In this document: piece after piece, positions 24,351 through 37,754 of the stretch
Numbering within the stretch: the stretch's first letter is position 1
How the letters are laid out: the number at the start of each line of letters is the position of its first letter
Source of the DNA: Malacoraja senta
Lineage: Eukaryota
Direction: 5' to 3'
Assembly (NCBI GenBank): GCA_038087875.1
Contig: CM075978.1
Coordinates: 146,692,001-146,756,000, forward strand
DNA length: 64,000 bases
Notes under the pieces: model-generated
The model's database searches: none
What the model was told of the DNA's origin: nothing
What the model saw: only the letters and a program-made list of their open reading frames with translations
Made by a program: the position numbers and the translations under genes

Positions 24351-26289
24351 ATGGGATTTTATCTGGAGGACCTCGTAGAATCCAGGAGAATGGGGACTCT
24401 CTTCGACATTTCCGGCACCAATGCCTCTGGGACATGGCTGGAAAATGGTCTTTAATAAATCCCTTCTGCAACAGCTACAGAATGTCTTTGGCACTTGCTG
24501 CAGATAAGGTGCACCTCTGCTTTAAGCGGTTGTCACTTAGTCGTAAAGATCAGGGTTAATTGTCATTATACAGTCATGAAATTGTTCCGTGGCTGAGAGT
24601 ATAAACCAGTGAATTACCTGCCGTGCTCACAGTTATCAGGTAAATGAGCAAGCAGGCTGAATGTAGCACACTGCCGCTTTGAATAACAGCAAAAATAAAC
24701 AAGCCTCCAGCGCCGATCCTTACACCTGTTTCCAGGGACACTATGTCAAGAGGGATCAGAAGAGATTTTATTAAAGTGATTCTAGGATCAAGATGAAGAA
24801 GCTGGAGTTATTTTCTTGGAACAGAAGAGAATGCGAGGAGGTCTCAGAGATTTCAAATTATGAAGTATGTACCTAAAGGGAGAAATTGTTTAGGGCAGTG
24901 GAAGGACTAAGAATGTCAGAAGAAGGGTCTTGACCTGAAACGGCACCTATTCCTTTTCTCTAGAGATGCTGCCTGACCCGCTGAGTTACTCCAGCATTTT
25001 GTGTTTATCTTCAGCCAAGAATTTTTATTTAGGTTAGTTTAGAGATACAGTGTAGAGACAAGCCTTTGGGCCCATCGAGTCTACACCAACCAGCAATCAC
25101 CGGTATATAAACTCTATGTTATCCCTGTTTTGCATTCTATACACTAGGGGCAATTTACAGAAGCCAATTTACCTATGACTTACCAATAAATCAGCAAGTC
25201 TTTTTGATGGACCAGGGACATAAAGTGAAGGGGTTTGGCAAAAGGTCAAAAAGTAACCTGAGGAAAATATTCTTCACACTTTGAATGGTTATGGCCAGGG
25301 TTGGATGCAGAGACAAGTTCAATTGCAGAATACAAAAGGGATACAAAAGATGGCCTGTTCCTCTGCTGTACTGTTGTATGTTCAATGTTCTATGTATGAT
25401 ATGGATAAATATCTGAAAAAATGCATTGCATGACTTTGAAAAGAAGGAGGGAAGTGGAAATAGTTGAATTGCCCTCTTATAGAACGTAGTTAATCGGCAG
25501 GTTGAATGGGCCTCTTCCAACTTGTAGCCATTTTGTAATTCTTTCACAATCTAACATAGTCCCTACGTAATTTTTAAAAACTTTTTTGCTACTATGTACA
25601 CAACAGCAGTGTTGACATTCATGTAAATTTGAGCATAAATCATGCACATTGAACATAATGGTAAGTGGTAGTAATTAGTCCTGGGTCATAATTGTTAACA
25701 TTTGATATGGTGCAATTTAATTCATTGGAAATGAATTTTGGAAGCAGAGAGCAACATCTATAAGCCATTCCATCACATAGCTGACACATGTAATCAAGCA
25801 TGAATTTTTACCCCTAAATCATTTTTCCACTGGTGGTCTAAAATCATCAGATTATCCAATTATTGTAGTAATGGAATACGATCCAATTAACTTTAATGAT
25901 ACTTGAATACTGAGCAATTGCATATTGTAGTTTGAAGTACATTTGGACAAAGTCTTAATGGAGACCAGGAGCCTAATGTCAATAAAATTGAAACCAGTTT
26001 TTTTTTGAGTGCGAGAACATTTCATTATAAAATATATGAAAACATCATGTGAGATTGCGACCTCACTGTGTGAAGTATTACCACCTAATGCAGTACCAGT
26101 TTATTTTCCAAATTAAATGTCCAAATGCAATCTTTGGGATAATGTGTAAAGGTTCCAATTTAAATAATGCTGTGAGATCTCAGCATTCCACTGCTGGTAT
26201 ACATCACTCTCCACAAATATATATCAGTGTGTTGTTCCCCACGAGAAGAATGCATTTGGAAAATTATCCATTAAATGAACAGTTACTTA

Positions 26290-28102
26290 AAGGTCTGTCT
26301 CACTGTGCGAGTTGACCCACGAGTGACCCCGAGTGAAAGACTCGTGGTTGCGTACGAGACTACAAGTTTATGATCCAGAGTTTAACCGAGTTCCCACGGG
26401 TATGTCTAAGTTTCCCGTTTACTTCTCATTTCTGCGATGTTCCAAGTTCGTCTCCCGAGTGTACCAAGTTCCTCTCCCGTTAATCTTGAGGCAACAATGT
26501 ATATCGAAGTGTTGAAAAATCATCACATGTTAAAAAAATGATGTCATGCCAGCCAAAGAACGTAGAGACTATTGTGTTTGCTGCATGTGTTCTGCACAAC
26601 CTGATCCGTATCAGGGGTGCAGCTTCAGGATCAGCAACAGCCATGCAGGACGGTGACTTAGTGGACAGTCAAACAGGGAGAATAACACTAGGTGCGTGGA
26701 GGAGTGGTACAAACGACGAGACTTTGGTGCCACTGCAGTGTTTTCGAGGTACGGGGACCAACAGTGCAAAAGAGCAGAGAGACCATCTCTGCTCCTACTA
26801 TAATTCAGAATTGGGCAGTGTGCCGTGGCAGGACAGCTTATTTTGAGCGGCTGCCGACCACAGGTACATCACTGCATGAGGAGAGCCCACATGCAGAAAA
26901 ATCCAGTTAATTTCATGTTTAGTTTAAATCCTGCTGACTTTTCATTGTTTAACTTTAAGTGTGGATTTTATTTTTTATTGTGGTGTAAAAGTAATTTCAT
27001 TGCATCTGTCTTTCCTTTAAAACGTGGTTATCATGCATCTGCTTATCTGATTGTAGATCTCAAAACTTGTCATTTAGCGCATTGCATTGTATCTTTTATT
27101 GCCTGAATTTAGACTAGTGCATTTCTCAGCTGAATTAGTATATAGTGGAAATACTTTTATTTGTGCTTCATTTGTTGATTTTCATGTATGAGAAGCCCTT
27201 TTTCAGACCACTGTGTTGTTTGCTGTGGTGCTACTTTTCTCAATATGCGTAAAAAAGCGTTTTTTTATATTGAACAAGAGTAAAGACTTTGTTTCACATT
27301 CAAGACATTTGTTTCACATAACTTTGTCTTATTTTCTGATCTACTGAGAGGTGAAAATTTTAAACATTTAAAAAGCACAGCATATGAGGCAGCTGAGTCC
27401 TTAAATCTTACAAATGATTGTGAGAATCAAGATGTGAATATATTTTCCCTTCCTCTATTTTGTGTTTTATGATGAAAGGAATATTACATTCAAGTCATGC
27501 GACTTTGTAGTGATATTAAAATGAAGACTTCCAGACATCAATTTGATCTTGATAGCAAAGAACTCTCTTTTATTGTGCAATGAAGTAAACAAACAGTGAG
27601 AATCAAACGGATCATCAAAAAGCTTTTCAACACAACACAACACAACACAAATTTATATATAAACTTCAAGCAATTTTTTCTTTTCAACCCACTCTGTCAC
27701 CTTATCAATAACTTGCTTAACTTTGTTAAGCAGAATTTGTCTTTAAAAAGTCTAAGTAACTGATATTTCTATCCCTGGTTATTGTTTCTAAAAAGAGTTC
27801 CCACGGTAGAATCACGAGTCACAAAGTTAAACGCATGGGCCACTACGTTCTTACAACGAGTTTAAATGTTTCAATTTTTAACCACAAGAGTACATTTTAC
27901 TCGTGGAAAGGTTCAAACATGTTTGAACTTTTGCAAGAGTTAACAAGTTTCACGTGTACCTCCCGTTAGCGCCAAGAGTCGCTAAGTTGCGTCCACGAGT
28001 TCAGACGTTCCCGCTACGTTAATTGTACGTGATTACCACGAGTTAAATTTGTTTTAAACTCGGGGTCACTCGTGGGTCAACTCGCACAGTGAGACAGCCC
28101 TT
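26290..28102 (+). mobile_element. Internally deleted PIF/Harbinger DNA transposon
   Basis: 45-bp TIRs at 26290-26334 and 28058-28102 (1 mismatch). TTA TSD at 26287-26289 and 28103-28105. Many subterminal (cc)acgagt motifs. Transposase remnant inside. Confidence 0.93.
26538..26846 (+). pseudogene. Harbinger (HARBI1-like DDE) transposase C-terminal fragment
   Basis: P.NVETIVFAACVLHN ... AKEQRDHLCSYYNSELGSVPWQ, typical of Harbinger transposase C-termini. Confidence 0.85.
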
Positions 28103-28224
28103 TTACACCAAATAGAATCACATTAATTTTTTAATCTTTGTATGAGAAATTGTAAATGAATTTGTAGTCAGTGTCAAATCGCTGCCTGATAACTATTATA
28201 AATTCACCACAATGACTCAGCGGT

Positions 28225-28540
28225 CACAGAGTCATAGAGTCTTGATTAGTAAGAGTGTCAGTTATGGGGAGAAGGCAGGAGAATGGGGTTGAGCGGGAAA
28301 TATAGATCAGCCATGATTGAATGGCGGAATGGAATCGATGGGCCGAATGGCCCACATCTGTTCCTATGACTTATGAACTTATGAGTCGTAGAGTCACACA
28401 GGACAGAAACAGGCCCTATGGCCCAACTTGCCCATTTAGACTAAGATGCCCCATCGAATCTACTTTCTATTTGCCCACATTTGGCCGATTTCTCTCTAAA
28501 CCTGTCCTATCCATGTACCTGTCCAAGTGTCTTACAGTAT
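28225..28540. mobile_element. Short CR1 3' ends in opposite orientations
   Basis: CR1 3' UTR motifs on + (about 28240-28385) and on - (about 28385-28540). Confidence 0.7.
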
Positions 28541-29239
28541 ACGACCCTGAATAGATCTTCCCCATTTCTGATGCTTGCTGATGTCAACAGTCCAAACAGC
28601 TAGATGTCATATTATTGTCTGAGCAGTCATGTTAATTCATTTCAAAATGATAGATTACATTATTCACATTACAAAGTAAAAATCGAAATATTACTATGAT
28701 TATAGTAAAAGCCAAAAGATCATCAACAAACTTCAAAATTATTTTGAAATCCCTTAAAAATGTAAATTATAATTTGAATTGTAATAATAGACATATAGGG
28801 TCAGATACAGTAATTATGGCTTAGTGTACCATTAAAAACTGATTTCATGTAACTGAGGAAATGGATTATGGGCCACATCATATTGACACTTGAAATTTGC
28901 ATTAGTTCAAATAATTTCAACTAATTGTGGTGGCAGCTTGATATATCAGAACATGGACAGCAACTGTATGATTTGTATACATGCACAAAAATCCCTCATC
29001 TGTTATCAATTTCATGAAATAGTGTTAGTGAGCAGCGATAGTTTTACCATTATTGCCACTACTCGACCTGAGGGCCACAATATCACAGGCAGATATAACT
29101 TCCATCATGCAATTCAGTTTAATTTCTCCTTATTAAATCGATGGTCAAAATTTGTGTTTGTCTTTTTCCTCCTAAAAAACGTATGGTGCAAAACAGGTGT
29201 AAAAGCTAATCCGTGACTGCGGATGGTCAAGATTATAAA

Positions 29240-29523
29240 TGATCTCCTTCTATTTTCTTTTCTTCTCTTCTTTTCATTTATTCTCTTTCTTCTATTTTCT
29301 ATGTCTCAACTTTCTTATTTCATTCTTTATTTTTCTTTTTCACACACTATATATCTCACATTTTTCTATTTTTCATTATCTAACTTTTTTCCTTTTCTTC
29401 TTTATTTTAAAAAATTTAAAAAATAAGAAGCTGTACATAAAAGGTATTATGAAAATATGATTGTATACAATTGTACTTACTTCTAATAAAATAAAAATAT
29501 TTTAAATTTTTTTTAAAAAAAAA
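29240..29523 (+). mobile_element. L1-type 3' UTR with poly(A)
   Basis: Pyrimidine-rich tract, then 'tacttctaataaaa' and an A-tail, matching the 3' end of the L1 at 40534-40640 (-). Confidence 0.6.
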
Positions 29524-31364
29524 GGAATTTAGATGAACATTAACATACCGAGACTCAGAACATTGCCCTTCACCTGAGATCATTAACAGAACACTAAGTT
29601 AACCGGCCTGAAGATGGACCCTAACCCAAAATGTCATCTGTCCATTCCCTCCACAGAATCTGCCTCACCCACTGAATTCCTCTAAATCTATGTGTTTTGC
29701 ACAAGATTCCAGCACATGCAGTTCCTCGTATCTCCACTGATACAGTGTCATGTTTATTCTGCATGCTATCCATTCAAATCATACTATGCACAAGTACAAT
29801 AGATGCTCTAATGGAACAGCATGCAGAGGGAGGTGAAAACCTAACGAGTCAAAGGGAAACAGAAACGACTTGCCTAGGAAGAAGTCATTGCTGACTAGAT
29901 ATATCATCTCTAGGTGGACCCAAAATGCTGGAGTAACTCAGCGGGACAGGCAGCATCTCTGGAGAGAAGGAATGGGTGATGTTTCGGGTCGAGACCCTTC
30001 TTCATCTCTCAGTGGTTCAGGTTATAGGTACCTTGTTTTTAAAGGAATGCAGTTTGAAAGCACAGGAGCTTGTGTCAGACAATGCATTGCAGATGCCAGA
30101 TTGAATGGAAAGTTCCAGTAGCAGCATGTGGAGGAATATGTTGGGTGGGTACACAGTGTAATATAGGTGTTGTATTTAATCTTGGCTGTTAACAATCACT
30201 GCTGTTTAAGGCTGTACCACTTTCAGGATTACATTACATTGCTAACTGCTCTCCGTTTTGTTGTAACAATGATTTAGTTGTCTCTGTGAAAGAAAGCCAC
30301 AGTGAGAAATACTATACTGACACCGCAAGCTTTTCTTTTATATAATACTTGGTGGTGAGTTTGAATTGCAAACCATCTTTTCAGTATCTTAGAGAGAGAT
30401 ACCGAGATGCACAGCATTGTAGTTCACCACAGATCACGGAAGCACCAGGGAGATCAGAGCAGAGAGTTCATGACAGAGACCTTACAGACAATATGTGTTT
30501 CTTTAATGCATATCTAATGTAGGGGCAGACCAAAGTGAGGAATCTCTTTTGCCTTGAATAAGATTAAGACTGAGTTCCAGACAAATATCACAGGAAGTTC
30601 TGCTGATTTCAGATACCATTGGGTCTAGTTTCGTACAGATCAACAGTTCTGTTGAACCAGTGACCGGTATGGATGATGTGGCAAGAACAGACATGCCTCG
30701 TTGTGCTGTGCATCAGCAAATTTATAGATACATATGTAAACAATCTAAATCCAAATTCTCCAAATAAAATGTTTTTTGCTGTAGTTTATATAAACCATCA
30801 GACCGAGGTCACTATTCTAATGGTGAAATTTAACAACAAACCAGTTGACGGGATTTTATTTGCATAATAAATTAGCAAGCAATTATATTAAACAATTTAG
30901 ATGTGTGCAATTATAGGAGTGCGTTTTTATCTTCACTTCATGCCCGGAAATGAATTGGAACAGATTGGGCATCCATAATAAAAGCCATCTGATATTCATT
31001 CCATTAAAATCATGGGAATTAAATCAGATGGGTTAAGAAATCCAATCCAGAAGATTACTGCCTTGCAATAAACGTGGATGTTTACTTGATGTGTGGTGGT
31101 CCAAATGCAAATATGCTACATTTTATTTGTCTGCTGAAGAATCAAAGGGAACAAAATAAAATCAGAAAAGCAACAATCAGAGAAATGGAAGAACTGTGGC
31201 ATTCCTAAGAATACTGAAAAAGACACAAATGGACCAATCTGACCACAGAGCATAATTTATAGATAAACTGAGCCATGAATCTGGTCAAAGTGTACTCCAT
31301 GTAATAATAAGAACAATTTTAGGAGATTCGTGGTCCAATTAGTGAAAATATTGGACTGGCAGTG

Positions 31365-31612
31365 TTATCTCAGGAGAGAAACTGTATGGAGTTTGTACGT
31401 TCTCCCTGTGACTGTGTGGGTTTTCTCCAGGTGCTCCAGTTTCCTCTCACACTCCAAAGATGTACAGGTTTGGATGTTAATTAGCTTGAGGTAAAATTGT
31501 GTATTGTCTCTAGAGTGCAGGATAGTGCTAGTGTACAGGGATAGCTGGCGGGCACGGACTCGGTGGGCCGAAGGACCTGATTCCACATTGTATCCCTAAA
31601 GTCTAAAGTAAA
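31365..31612 (+). mobile_element. HE1-type V-SINE lacking its head
   Basis: Core and 3' tail 'gggccgaaggacctgattcc...ctaaagtctaaag'. Confidence 0.8.
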
Positions 31613-32659
31613 GTAGTGCAAGAAGGAGGCATTGAGGACTTCACAAGATTTTCTTACTTAAAGAAAGATAGCATACTTCCAACCACGATTGGAATCTGCA
31701 CTGAGAATAAGATCAACCATGGCTGCAGCAGAATAGAAAAGCAAGGTCTCTGCTTAAAGAGAAGTCTTCTGTGCCTGTGGTGCATTACTTGAGTTGCAGT
31801 GTTCTGGAAGTGAGCCAGGAATCTGAAATCACACGAATGAGACAGAATAGTTCTCTCAAAGTCCTAGAAGTCAGGCTAAAGGGGGAAATGCAAAGGGGTG
31901 TTAATGCATTTGACAGTATTGACATTCATCTTAAAAAGCCCAATGTACATTCTTGTTGAGACACATGGAACTCAGATGCTGGTTAACAAAGAAAGATGCA
32001 AAGTGCTGGAATAACTCAGAGGGTCAAGCAGCATCTCTTGAGAAGATGGATAGCTGATGTTTCGAGTCAGACCCTTCGTCAGACTTATCGCTTCTTCATG
32101 AGAAAAATATTTAAAACAATGAAGACATTTTGCAAAGTAAAAATCGTTATGTTGTTTATTAGAGTTCTCTTAAATGTGCAGTTCATCTTAACTAGCTGCT
32201 CTCGTTAGATTTTTACCTTTGCATTTTTCGTTATCGGCCAACTAACACTCTTTCCTTTTTGGGACACCATGGATGATTCTCCCATAACCTAACGGCATGT
32301 TAAAGATATACTTCAGATTGGTTAGTCAAGAGCATCTTGCTATATGGACTAATATGTGTGTCCTTTACAGTATTATATCTACAATATCACCATGGATATA
32401 TAAGTGGGTATTGAAAGGCATGGAGCAGCAGGAGGATGATGGTACAGAGAAGCCACCAGCACCAGACAGGGCGCTGTGCCAACAAAAGCAAATGTGATTC
32501 CCATTGATCTTTGCCTCACTGAGCAAGCGCATGTGATTCCTATTGATCTTTGCCTGACCAAGCAAGCAAAAGCTTTCTTCCACTGCTTGGATTTTGGCTA
32601 TTAAAAGAATCATGGGCAATGTAAGTCATTATAAGAGTGTGCCTACTGCAGTCCCCTCA

Positions 32660-33395
32660 GAGAAGATAGGACAGTCTCACACAGAAATATGCATCTGCCC
32701 TCCATGTCTGTGCTTACCATGTTGCCTATCTGCCTGGATATTGTCTGTATCCCTCTACCCTTTGCCTGTTCATGTGTCTGTCTAAAGATTTTTTATCATA
32801 TCTACTTCCACCACCTCCTTGGCAGCTCATTCCAGGCACTTACCAGTCTCTGTGTAAAAATACATGTCACGCACATCTACTGTAACCATTCCCCCTCCTA
32901 CATGAAATCTATGTCCTCTAGTTTTTGACATTTCCTCCCACTGATAAAAACTGTGACTATCTACCCTATACATGCCTCTCATATGTCTATACATTTCTAC
33001 CAGGTCGCCCTTTTGTCTCCAATGTTCCAGGGAAAACAATTTCAGATTTTCCAAGCTCTCCTTTTCACTAATATATTCCATTCAAGACAGAATTCTGATG
33101 AACCTCTTCTGCACCCTCTCCCAAACCACAACATCATTCCTGTAGTGTGATGACTAGAATTCTACACAATATTCCAAATATGATCTAACAATATTTGTAT
33201 TCCCTACTTTTATATGCAATGCCCCGACCAACAAAGGCAAGTATGGCATATACTTTACCACTCTAACTACTTGGGTTGCCATTTTCAGGGAACTGTGCAC
33301 TTAGGAGCACTTCTCCTATAGATCCTGCCACTTACTGCACATATCTCTCTTGCATTTGACCTCCCAAAATGTAACTCCTCATATTTGTCCAGATT
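32660..33395 (-). mobile_element. Old CR1 3' part; continues at 38219-38461 and 39528-39620 (host of the DIRS and LTR insertions)
   Basis: ORF 32827..33081 (LFSLEHWRQKGDLVEMY) is CR1. Sequence rejoins across both insertions. Confidence 0.8.
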
Positions 33396-35239
33396 TTACT
33401 TCGGAGCCACGTGAGTGACTACGTGAAGAAGCCCGCCAGCCTGCATGCGCGTCAATACGTCTAACGCATGGCGCACGACTGGCTGGGAGGCGCATCGCTC
33501 CTCCAGCGGTAAGTTTCAAACCCTGCGGGTAAGTTTTAAACTTATTTTCAGGTTGTATTTTTTGGTTGCAGGAATCGCTTTTACAGAGTTTCCTGCTGGA
33601 TATGGAAATCCGGGGCGAAATCCAGACGGGCCGGGGGGAAACCGGCTACGGAGGACCGCGGGAGTGCGGGTAGCCGGCGGCCGTCGGGTTCGCTACCCGA
33701 GTCGCTGACAGTGCAGTCAGCGACTTCAGACTTCGGCAACCCCGAAAGGGTGTACAGCCAAACGGAGTCTGAGAGGCCTGGACTCGGATGAGTCAGGACA
33801 GGAGGGTTCCCGTCCGACAAACATGGGTACGTCCTCGGGCGTTTATCCCAGATGGAGCATGGATAGCGTCCTCGGGCGTTCATCCCACAGAGGATGCTCC
33901 ATCATGATATGCGTGAAACGGTGCCATATCAGCGCAGGTCTCCTCGGGGGCCTGCGGCAGCGCCTGTTTCAGGGCTGCTTACAAATCTCTCTCTCTGTGG
34001 AGGGGAGTGCCAGGGGTCAGTGTATGACTGACTCCGAACTCGGAAGTATGTCCGTGGAACATACTGGAATACATGCGTGAAGTTCAAGAATTGTCTGTCA
34101 TGGCATCAAGGGTTGCGATACCCTCGCAAACAAAGGAGCCGCTGCAAGAAGAGTTGGCTCCCAGCATCAACTACCTCACGTCACATCATTACAGGAACAG
34201 GTGACGGCTGTAAAATACCATACACCTGTAAATTGTGCATTCCTGAAAGTGCCGGCAGTGAACAGCGCTATCTGGGGAGACATTGGAGGGAAGTCAAAAA
34301 AACAGGAAATGAAACTCCAACAATTTTTTTAAATTACTGGCCTCAGGCAGCACGGCTTTTGCCAGATCTGTGGATTGTGGGCCCTTATCGGACGTCCAGC
34401 AGGATGCCCTGGCATTGATGTGCAATGCACACTTCGAAATGAACTGCTTTCAGAAGAACGCCATCAGACCTGCCTGAAATCCCAAATTTGCAGGCTAATG
34501 TAAGGCTAGCAATGTCCAGCCGCCGAATCTTCTCTTCGGGAAGACCTACCCAAACAGGTAAAAGACCTGGATGAGGAAGCAAAAACTGTCGGATTAATCA
34601 AGGTACCAACGACGAGCAAAGCTTCACCGTCTCGGCGACAACACCTCTACGCCTCCATCGGCAGTAAGTGGTTCACTGAAGCTGGTGGCAGCTCGAAAGC
34701 TGATTCTCTGGGCAGAGGTCTTTTAGGCCAAGGCCCAAGCCGGCCCTCAGGGAAAATGCGCAATCCACGCACCCCAGCAGTCCTACCCTCCAAATCTCGA
34801 GGACGGAAATAGAACCCGCATCAGGGGCCTTTGGGCTTACCATAAGACCACCGGTAACCATGGAGGTAGGTGGGTCTGGTTCTTTCCGAAACATGGGGTG
34901 TGTGGACCAGTTACAAGTTGGTGATAAATTACACTTGGTTTTTGCATGAATGGCAATGGATAACATCAGATCCGTTTATAAAATAAAAGGATAACATCAG
35001 ATCAGTTTATACTGCACAGTATACAAGGGTTCCAAATTGAATTTCCTTTAACTCATTACCACCCTTACAATATACACCAAGTTGGACATTTATTCATTCC
35101 AAACAAAAAGGTTTGGATATACAAGCAGTTATCCAAACAAGTAAAAGTTCTGGAGGAGGAAGCAAAAGCTGTTGGGTTAATTAAAGCACCCACGACGAGC
35201 AAAGCTTTACCGTTTCAGCAACGACACCCTGCGCCTCCA

Positions 35240-36300
35240 AAAAAGAAAGATGGAGGATGTTGGATCATCCTTGATTTAACTCACACTTAACTCACGTGTG
35301 CAGTATAGACATTTTAAAATGGAAAACTTTGTTACTGTCTAACAACTGATTCTCAAAGGATGCTTTATGGCATGCATCGATCTCAAAGATGCATACTATT
35401 CAGTTCCCATTCACAGGGATCACCGGAGATATTTGAAATTTAGCTGGATGGGGCAACGATAGCAGTTTAAAGCGTTGCAAAATGGGCTAACTTCAGCTCC
35501 CAGGTTATTTACCAAATCACTAAAGCCGCTGCTTGGGCTGCTCAGAGCTCAAAAACACATTGTTATAAAACACATTGGCCTAACTGGGTAATATTTTTAA
35601 ATGCTGTATTTGGCTAAATTAGCTGTTTCAGCCGCGAAACTAATATTTGAGAAACTGGGGTTTCTCATCCATCCAGTTAAATGTAAGTTGATACCAACTA
35701 GAGTTATTGATTATTTGGGATTTGCCTTTAACTCTATTCATTTGTCTGTGACTCCGTCCTGGGGCAAAAGATTAGAATTAATAGAAGCCTGTAACAACCT
35801 TGTTGTTATGAAGCAGCCTTCTATTCGTCAGGTGGCTAGTGTAATTGGCAATATAGTGGCTGATTTTCCAGCTGCGCAATTTGGGGCCTTTGCATTATCA
35901 GAACTTACAACGTGCAAAGGAGCAAGCTCTCAAGTACCATTTAGGTCATTGTTAACAGTCCTATGCTATTACCAGCTGAAGCTATCAGAGTTACAATGGT
36001 GGACGAATAGTATTCAGCATTGATCCAGTAACATTTTTGGTCAGTAAACCTTCAGTTATATTACAAACTGATGCTAGTGCTCAAAGATGGGAAATTACTA
36101 ATACCATCTCTAGTTACGGAGGCGGATGGGATGTGCATGAGTTACCAATTCTTCAGTTATATGGTATCAACTACCCAGAGACACTGGGGGTATTCTATGG
36201 GTTAAAAGGCTTATTGTGTGAATATGCATAACCTGCATGCTCAACTACAAGTTGATAACACTATGGTGGTGGCATATATTAATCACATGGGTGGAATCAA
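35240..36300 (+). pseudogene. DIRS reverse transcriptase / RNase H remnant
   Basis: KKKDGG...ILDL, HFKME, IDLKDAYYSVPIH..HRRYLKF, GLTSAPRLFTK, LGFLIH..K, IDYLG; RNase H QTDAS and VDNT..VAYINHMGG. Confidence 0.9.
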
Positions 36301-36311
36301 GTTAGTATCCT

Positions 36312-36776
36312 GTGTTAGTTTACCTAACCTCATTTGGCGCTGGTGTATCGTCACGTAAATTCAATGACAACACAGAATGGATATTGGATCACAAAGTATT
36401 TAATGACATTGTTGCTCAATATGGAACCGAATATATTGATTTGTTTGCATCTAGGCTCAATCACCAGTTGCAAAAATATGTGGCATGGCAGCCAGATCCA
36501 GGGGCAGTGGCGATAGATGCATTCTCGCTACACTGGAGAGGAATGTTCTTTTATGTTTTTTCTCCATTTTGCCTCATCAGTCGGGTCTTGCAAAAAATCC
36601 AGCAAGATTCCGCTTCAAGCATTTTCGTAGTGCCGGACTGGCCTATGCAGCCATGGTTCCCGCTGATGTTGGAAATGATTATAGAACCTTATATAGTTAT
36701 CTCTAAACACAAAAATTTGCTGGTTCATCCCGTGACTCGGGAAGCCACCCTCTGCGTGATAGAATCAATTTATTGA
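36312..36776 (+). pseudogene. DIRS methyltransferase-like (Dam-related) domain
   Basis: IDLFASRLNHQL, PDPGAVAIDAF...W, YVFSPF.LI.RVLQKI, VVPDWPMQPWFP. Confidence 0.88.
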
Positions 36777-36779
36777 TTT

Positions 36780-37754
36780 GCAGACTCTAAGAAGACCATT
36801 CCTGGGGCTCGGGTTGTCAGACCGAACTGTGGACATGGTCACTGCAGCTTGGAGGGATAGCACCAATAAGCAGTACATTTCCTCATCAGGAGATGGGAAG
36901 TGTTTGTTTAAATGCTAATATAACGTATAATACGGCACGGATAACTGACGTTTTGGAATTCATTTTCGAATGGGTCTTTGACAAAAAATCAAGTTATAGT
37001 GCCATTAACTGTGCCAAAAGTGCCTTCTCGTCATATTTGCTGCAGGGATCGGGACCCACGCTGTCGGGTCTCACACTCTGATATCCAGATTTATGAAGGA
37101 TATCTTTAACATAAATTCTCCCATGCCCAGGTACACGGAAGTATGGGATGTTAACATTGTGTTAACACTACTTTGCCGGTGGGCTCCAGCTACATCCTTA
37201 TCTTTGGCCCGGCTCTCATATAAGGTAGTTATGCTCATGGCGCTGGTTCAGCGCAACGCGTCCAGTCGTTGCATAAGCAACGGCTGAACAGAATGGTTAT
37301 ATCTACCAACAAAATAACGTTCTATGTAAATGAGTTATTAAACTAAGCAGACCGGGGGCATTGGGTCTAAAGCTGGAATTCTGGCATATCCTATGGACCA
37401 TAGATTGTGTGTTGTCACACATATTCATCAACATGTTAAGGCTACAAAGAACTTTAGAGGCACTGAGCTGGCAATGTTCGTTAGCCATAAAAAACACACA
37501 AGAGGGTTTCAGTGCAGACCATCTCCAGATGGTTTAGATATGTATTGGCTTGTGCAGGAGTGAACACTGATGTTTTTAAATCTCACTCCACCAGGGCTGC
37601 GATAACATTAGCAGCAAGGTTCATGGAGGTTCTGCTGGACCGCATCTTAGCGACAGCAGGATGGTCAAATGAGCAGACTTTCCAAACCTTTTATAACAAA
37701 CCGATTGCCAGGCCGGGTTCGTTTGCCAACTCAATTTTAAGTTTTATCCAATAA
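36780..37754 (+). pseudogene. DIRS tyrosine recombinase remnant
   Basis: SYSAINCAKSA, PRY..VWDVNIVL, KVVMLMAL, FKSHSTRAA ... AGWS...TFQTFYNKP (HxxR, W and catalytic Y). Confidence 0.9.

Noticed and set aside
26538-26846. Host HARBI1 gene
   Set aside because: The fragment lies within TIRs and a TTA TSD and lacks the N-terminal catalytic region.
29223-29460. Hydrophobic F/L-rich membrane-protein ORFs
   Set aside because: Translation of a T-rich low-complexity L1 3' UTR.
36312-36776. Bacterial or phage DNA methyltransferase (contamination or HGT)
   Set aside because: It is the standard methyltransferase-like domain between RNase H and YR in DIRS1 elements.
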